A stretch of 64,000 bases of DNA from Amoebophrya sp. A120. Lineage: Eukaryota > Protista > Dinoflagellata. Location: assembly GCA_905178155.1 (NCBI GenBank), contig CAJINV010000003.1, positions 5,339,700 to 5,403,699 of the forward strand, read 5' to 3'. This document shows positions 57,328-64,000 of this stretch, piece by piece. A model generated the notes under the pieces. That model ran no database searches. It had not been told where the DNA came from and worked only from the letters and a program-made list of their open reading frames with translations. A program made the translations under genes and the position numbers. How positions within the stretch are numbered: the first letter of the stretch is position 1; each line of letters begins with the position of its first letter.

Positions 57328-60130
57328 CTTCTTGCGGAAATTAATATCACCGCAAGCCCAACTCTGCTCACTGAAAAAAAAAACTTCGGCGCATGAAGGA
57401 CGACATAACCATCACTGAATTTGCTCCTCCTGCTTTTTTAGTTGGCGATCTACCCAGCAAGACAAGGAGGTAAAGCGCATACTACTTAGGCATGGAAGTG
57501 CGTGTTTCTTGAGGCGTTCGATGACAGAACTACAACTAGCTTGAGGCTAAAACTACTATATTTATACGTTCTTACTGCTTCACTTCCTTGTGCTCGTCCG
57601 GTGAAGAAGTACTATCGACTAATTGGATTGGATTGGAATAAAGCATAGCATAGCATGGGGTTTGGCGTGTCGGAACTTTAAGAGTGCAGCCGACTTTTTC
57701 ATGAACTAGAGCTCGACCACGCGTACTATTCTAGTAGAGGCGGCTAACAGTGATGCTTGTACCCCGCCCGCGATACAAATTCCCCGGGCCGTATAGCATG
57801 CCTATTGGGTGGGACTGGGAATTTCGGCCACTGAACAAAACCCGACAAGCACACCGAAAGTCTTATACCGGTCGATGCTAAAGCTTCACGCGCCGCAACC
57901 AGAGCACCGGCTGATTACCCTAAACCCTGTTTAAGTTATCAAGCACTTACTTTTTACTATTCGTCTAATACAAGTTCCCATTTGCATGCATCTACACCTC
58001 GGCCTGGATCATTTTGATCTTTTTCTTTTCGTTTTTTTTTTATGTACCCTGAACCCCTCCATCAAACTTCCCATGTACGTGCAAATTGCCCGGCCCACAC
58101 GGACGCTTCTTTTCCCTAGTGGGAATATACTCGTGTACTGGTGGGGACAGCCCGCTGCGCACTGGACTCGCCGATGGGAATTTACGATCTAGTTGTTTTT
58201 TGTTTTTCGTACGAAAACTTTTTGATCTACTTGAACTGCAGCACTGTAACGCTATGTATAAAAAAGAATTTTTACCACCTTCTTGTTTTTTTTGGCCGAG
58301 GTGTCTAAGGCGCTACTAGTGCCACTGATCCGCACAGTGGGCTTCCGCGCTACGAATATTTGTAGGTCGTCGAAGGTGGGCGCTACGCGGAATGTACTAC
58401 ACGAGCAGGCCTATGGTGGCGGCCACGGCGATGCAGTCACGCAGACCGCCATGCAAAACTAACTAGCCTCGCCATGAGGTCCCCGCGAACGCCACGCCTG
58501 TCGCCGCATCTGCTGACGCAACAGCAGTGCGAGGGATGGACTATGCTAAGCCTCTTCGGGCATAAGTTATTCATCCCTTTTTGTAGTAGTACTACCGGTC
58601 GGCGTGCTATGTACGGTTAAGTCCCTAGAGCACCAGGGGAGCTAAAAAACAAGTTCTTCACCGCCGGGCGCTACACTAGTACGATTGTTTTCCTTTTTTT
58701 TACTAGAGCTATCGCCAAACCCCTTCACGTTCACGCCTCTGTCTCATATTCTTTTACGTGTTTCCTTTCACTTTCTCGCACAAAATGTCACTTTTTTTTT
58801 GTTTTCCGCCACGAACCCTTGCTGCTCACAGCTTCCTCAACCTCAAGCGCGTTTTCTTCTTGGAAAACGCAGCACACCGCGTCGCTGCCTAGGGGTCGTC
58901 TGCATGCCCCCGGGGCACCTTCCGCCTAGATCACGCCGGCCAGCTCCACTAGCGCGCATAACCTGAGATGAAGTTTTTTCCCGCAAAGCAGCACCGCAGT
59001 GCTGCCGCCTGAATGGAAGATCGAGCTCATCCTTCAACTACTATTTTGCATATCTGTGTTTCACATCGATCAATGCAAACTAATCAAGATAAATCAAAGT
59101 ATACTAATCAAAATAAATATAAGTAAACACTACTGGTACTGCGCATGGCAAGATCATATGAATTAGTATCCTTTTTCCGTTTCGCCGCGCGCTCCCTTCG
59201 TCTCTCGATTGGTATGCCGTCTCGCGTATGTTCTCGCTGTACGGGTTGCGTGTCCTGGTATCAATTGGGTTCCACTTGCTGCACATCAGGTGTCGCATGC
59301 AGGTCCAGGAAGCGTCTTCTGGCAGGTGTGTTGCGTTCGGCCATGTGGAGGTCGACTATAGATCCCGGGGGCAGCAAGCCCGTGCTCTATCGCGGCAAGC
59401 CACCTCCCTGGCGGCGCTTGCGGTGTGTGGCTCCTTTCTCGCGTGCGCGTGCGCGAGAATTACCGTTTGGTATGCTCGCACTCGTTGGTGCGGCGGTACA
59501 ACAGTTTTTTTGGAGAGAAACTCAAAAGACCCCCAGTGAGAGATAGATAGATAGATGGAACTGGACAGACTTGAGCCAAAAAGCGTGTGCTTGTAGCAAA
59601 AGTCACTTTGAAATGAAAGAAACGAGGCCGCGTGTTCGCGGTCACGTTGCTCTTCACGAGTTCTCCTCTCGAGCACGAGCTACTGGCCTTGATGCTTACT
59701 TGAAGCATGGTCGTACAAAAAAGAAGAGTGAAGAACTTCCGTCGATCACTTGCGTGGGCGTGGTCTAGAGTTGCTTTCTTCACCAGGAGATTTCAGCTAC
59801 CCCGAGAGCTGACTTTCCTTCGATGACCACCACACTCTTCATACTTTATCAACTCGGGGATGCATGGCCATGACATGACTTGCAGTACGAATGGGAATGC
59901 ACCAATGGAACAATAGGAAAAAAAAAACCAATACAATATTAATCAAGTCGGTCCGGGTCCTTGTCCTACTTGAATGGGCAGCTTACTGGCCATCAAACCG
60001 ACCGTACTATGGTAGGCCCGCGCAAGCCGGGGTCAAGAAGTTAGATTAGAAGTAGCGTGAACAAGAATACAATACATAGGCACTCCAACAAAGCATAGTG
60101 CTAGTACACCGCCTCCACGGTGATCCCGAG

Positions 60131-63100
60131 TCAATCGCTGTCAGAAAGAAGAATCACTTCTTTCGTGTTATCGGGTACAGTTTCACTTTTTTTGGTTTTC
60201 CTAATGATTGCTCCACCACCACCAGGGACCACAGGAGGAACGGCCAGAGTGGCGATGTGTTGTTGCTTTTGGCGGCCGCTACTGCTGCTGGTCGAGTCAA
60301 GTATGAGTGCATCACAGTTCTTCAACTCGACGCTACTCGCGTCGACCTGGCGCGCGGCCTGGTTCGTAGTTCCGCACATCTTTGCCCGCTTCGCGCTACA
60401 ACTAGTATCGGCAACTGCGTCCTCTGCCTTCCTTGCTACGGGCCTCTTAGTGAAGAAGGACAGGACACTCGGTTGACTCATTTTACCAGCAGGCGCAGGG
60501 CCACTTCTACCGTTCTTGCCTCTATTCCTTGCCGCGTGTGACGAGGATAGTGCGCTGTGGTTTGTCGCTATTGCAGCGGTGTTCTTCTCTTTTTCACCAC
60601 ACACCTCGGGAACATCATCGAGCTTGACAGCAACAGTGTGTTCTCGCTTGCTCCATACTGCGTTCGCGTACGCGTCCAAGGCCCGATCAACCTTACTAGT
60701 GAATGGCGCTTCTCTTTGTTCGGGTTGATGATGATTTGGATTTCCAGCGATGGACCTACTTTTCATCTCAGGAGCCGCTCTCGGGGGCAACTGCACCAAC
60801 TCGAGAAACGCAACAATGAACGCGCGCATTCGCTCTTCCGCCTTGGAAGCGTTCACCTGCTCCCCGGTGCTGGTGCCCAAGCGCACGTTTTGCCCGACCC
60901 CTGGAGTTAAAGTTTGAAGCGCGCCGCGAAAATTTAGCGAAGACCTGGATTGCCAAATTGCCGTTTTGCCCACATCGTCGGTAAAGCCATGCCGGCGCAT
61001 TACCTCTTGTAAAATGTTGCTGCAGTGAAAGTCTACCGCTTCGGGCAAGCAGGACTCCGGAGGAAGGTCCAGGAGAGGACGGTCGTGCATTTGTATCTGC
61101 GCTGGCAGCTGTGGGGTTACGACTGGTCGGGGTTCTGTCACGGTAGTTGCGCAGGTGCTGGAGCCCCCTCCAGATGATCGCTTTTCATTCTCAAAATTAT
61201 GCATCTGCGGTGTGCGTGTATCGCTCTGCTCAGTTACGCTGCACAGCTTGGACGCTAATATTTCGCAGAAGTGCGAAAGCAATGCGGTGGAGGTGTTACC
61301 TCCACACTTGGGAACGACTTGTGTGAGGCCTTGTTGTGAAGTTTCTGAAACGGCTGGGCGCTCTTGTGGTTTCATTTCCGTCGCTCTACAGGATAGGCGT
61401 TTGATGGTCGCAAGCAACATCGAGATGTCGCAGCTCATGCCTCCATAGCAAGCGCGAACAAAGAGTGCCACCTGCAACGGTGACCACATTCTTCGCAGCG
61501 ATTGCATGTCGCCGCTTGCGATAACGCGCTGCAGATACAAACTTTCCGCTGGCGTCAGCGCCGGTGAAGATGTCTCCAAGAGATCTATTTCATCTTCTAC
61601 TACTCTTTCTCCGGCTGGCTCGTTCACAGAAGCTGCGACGTACAATGCTGCGTGTTGCCTAGTGCTGGAGATGGAGCTGGTAGTTGGGGCCATTTCCATG
61701 TGTTCCGCAGTTATAGGCGTTGAACTAAGGCCTGTAGTGTGTCGCGCGTGGTCAACATCGAAAGTGCGCTTTTTCCAAGCTGAGTTCACTTCTACTCCTG
61801 TGAGCACCTCCTCCGGTCGTGAGAGCCCTTGTTGACGTTGCCGAGCGTCACCAATCAGTCCGGCTGAAGATGTGGAGCCGCAACGCGGCCACGCCGTTAT
61901 CCATGCTACAAAGTGCAACACGAAGAAAACATCCTGGTCTGTGAGTCGATACCTTAGTGAGGAAACGGCAACCATGAGCCACACTAGTTGAGGCAAGTCT
62001 GCGGATGGAGCTACATCCTCGACGCAAATAATTACGAGACGCCGCAGCAGTATGAAATGCAAAAGCATCGTACTCGATCTCGAACTCGTATAAATGCATT
62101 ATAAATCTCCTCAGCATGATGATGCAGAATTACCTTAACAAAAAGATTTGCAATGCATGATTGCAATACGAGTACGATACTTTTGCACAGGATAAGCAGT
62201 TCGGCATCTTGGTGAGTGTGAATCAAAAAGACTGCGCTTGCAACCGCAGCAGCGACTTCGCCCCGTCGCACTGCCTTTTGCAGGTTGGAAATCACTAAGA
62301 GCGTTTTTCGCAAGCCGGACACTTGCAATTGCGGCTTCATCTTGACCCTCTTGCTGACGCCATCGCGATTCTTGCCGACGTTCGACATTTCAGCAGGTGG
62401 GAATATCGCTTCTGCTTGAAGATGTCCTCCGACAGCAGCCGCGTCTGTGCGCTGCGAGGATTCGCCTTCGATGCCAGAGCCTGCTGTTGACGTTGTGTTT
62501 TTGTACCGTGATGGAGATGATAGATCTTGAACGAGATACAGCCGCGACGGTCTTTTTGGTGGTCGTTGCTGAGATGATGAAAGGGGTTCTGCTTTCATCT
62601 CGGGGGGGCGAGGTTCGGACAAGTGGTGGTCCATGCGGTCTTCGAGGTGCTCTGCAATTTGGTCCTGATAGCGTCGCTGCAAAAAGCACAAAGGGAGCGC
62701 AGCATCGACCTTCCTATCTCCTGCCCTCTCGGCTTCATCGGGGGCAGACGAAGGAACGCCTGCCCAATCCCAATCGTCATCTGCGAGCGCAAATGTCGTC
62801 CACAATGGAAGCGTCGCGTCAGCAGTGTGCTTCAACATACCGGGAAGGCGCAACTTCAGCCCACTCGAGTTTGTATTATTTGGAGCTGGAGAAGCAGAAC
62901 TCCTTGTAGCAGTCGCGGTCGTTGATGCCGCACCTTCGGTAAAAGTCATGGTGTGATGTCTGTTATTCGCATTTTGCTTCATCAGAAGTCGTTGCATTTG
63001 GTTCAATTCCACGCACGAAAGACCCCCATTTCTCCACAACACCAAAACATGGCTTTGGCTCTGGGAAGGGGAATCACAGGGGGCGGCCTGCTGCGTCAGG

Positions 63101-63135
63101 TTGGATTGCTCAACAAGAGATGACCCAAGGCTCAT
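60131..63135 (-). CDS. Protein with an MgsA/RarA C-terminal-like helical domain, C-terminal PIP-box-like and SIM-like motifs, 2 exons
   Basis: SNLQKAVRRGE..A...ELL|RRLVIICVEDV is restored by removing introner #30; also AVDFHCSNIL..IWQSRSS, QPSVLSFF and EVILLSDSD. Confidence 0.75.
62051..62194. mobile_element. Introner #30 (family B)
   Basis: TATGAAATGCAAAAGCATCGTACTCG...CGAGTACGATACTTTTGCACAGGATA; perfect TSD AGCAG. Confidence 0.92.
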
Positions 63136-64000
63136 GATTTTGGTTAAATGTGATTTAAATTTGTTTGTTACTCAGAACAATGCTGTCGCTCATAAACTAA
63201 GTTGAAACGCAAAAGCAAAAGTTAAGCATTGACGTTACTCGAAATAAAAATCCAAACCGAAGTTTGACCGAAAGAAGCAACGGCCATGGCGCAAAATGAA
63301 ACTCGAAGTAGGACGACACATCGAATGACCTGAGAAAGATAGATTGGACGAGACTCTACACTATATTGCTATTGCAGCGACAGATACGAACAACAAGTGT
63401 GTGTTCGCGTTTTAGAAAAATCAAGACTCTGGCGGCTCAACCAGCACTACAACGAAGGAATTCTTCTTGGGGCAGGCGGCGGCCGGACGACCATATAATT
63501 AACATTAAGTCCAACTGTGGCACCAGAATAGCGCTGCAGGAACACTGCCCAAGCCCATACAGACCTGCAGCCAGAAGATAGCACACATAATCCTGTGCTT
63601 TGGTTACCAGATTATTTGCATTCTGGGAACATCAAGTCGATGAGCCGCCATCTATCTTCAAAAATACCATTTTTGATTTTCATCCTGCGTATCTATACGT
63701 AAAAGCTACGATAATTGCGGAAGAGAATTGTTGCAAAGCAGGTCGCTCATGTCGTGCGGGCGTGGGGTCCATTTTCAGTTGAGAGTGGGACTCGTCAGCA
63801 GTGAACTTCTTGCTTCTCAGGTTCAAGGGAATAGGTTTGCACAGTCGTTTTGTTTGCTGGTGTCGCCGCAATGGTCGTGGTACAACAAGCCTCTTACAAC
63901 TAGGCGCCACCCAGAGAAGAGGTGGTGCTTGTTCCGGTTTTATTTGACGCACGAGGACGAGCACCGGGTTGCACAGCGGTAGTTTCGTCTCCATCTAACT

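Noticed and set aside
57319-57328. CCGTAGCCAT, matching part of the dinoflagellate spliced leader
   Set aside because: Only 10 nt, and it is simply the reverse complement of the PP2C start (ATGGCTACGG); the TTTGGCTCAAG continuation is absent.
57622-59556. Short microsatellites (ATTGG, AGCAT, AGAT) and a CCCTAAACCC motif
   Set aside because: Too short to support a functional call.

Overview
Eukaryotic, gene-dense genomic DNA. The intron architecture is most consistent with a parasitic syndinian dinoflagellate such as Amoebophrya; this is inferred, not confirmed by a search. About 14 protein genes lie in two unidirectional blocks: + strand from 1 to 24.6 kb and - strand from 28.6 to 63 kb. The blocks converge on an AT-rich, transposon-containing interval with a 100-N gap. 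I traced 30 non-canonical introns by eye. Each is a 144-425 bp element with terminal inverted repeats (TIRs, 5'-TAT...ATA-3') and a 5-bp target-site duplication (TSD). Removing the element plus one TSD copy restores the reading frame in every case, and related copies occur in both orientations. Seven ordinary GT-AG introns are also present. Reconstructing the genes gives two main results. (1) An adjacent trio of NAD-dependent beta-hydroxyacid dehydrogenase, uracil-5-carboxylate (iso-orotate) decarboxylase and aldehyde dehydrogenase, a candidate 5-hydroxymethyluracil-to-uracil salvage cluster. (2) A PP2C/PDP-like phosphatase spliced in frame to a C-terminal LOV (GRNCRFL) photosensor domain. Also present: a 5'-truncated non-LTR retrotransposon, a TIR element with an 8-bp TSD, and a 2.6-kb long-TIR element sitting in frame inside a gene. 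All coordinates were derived by hand.
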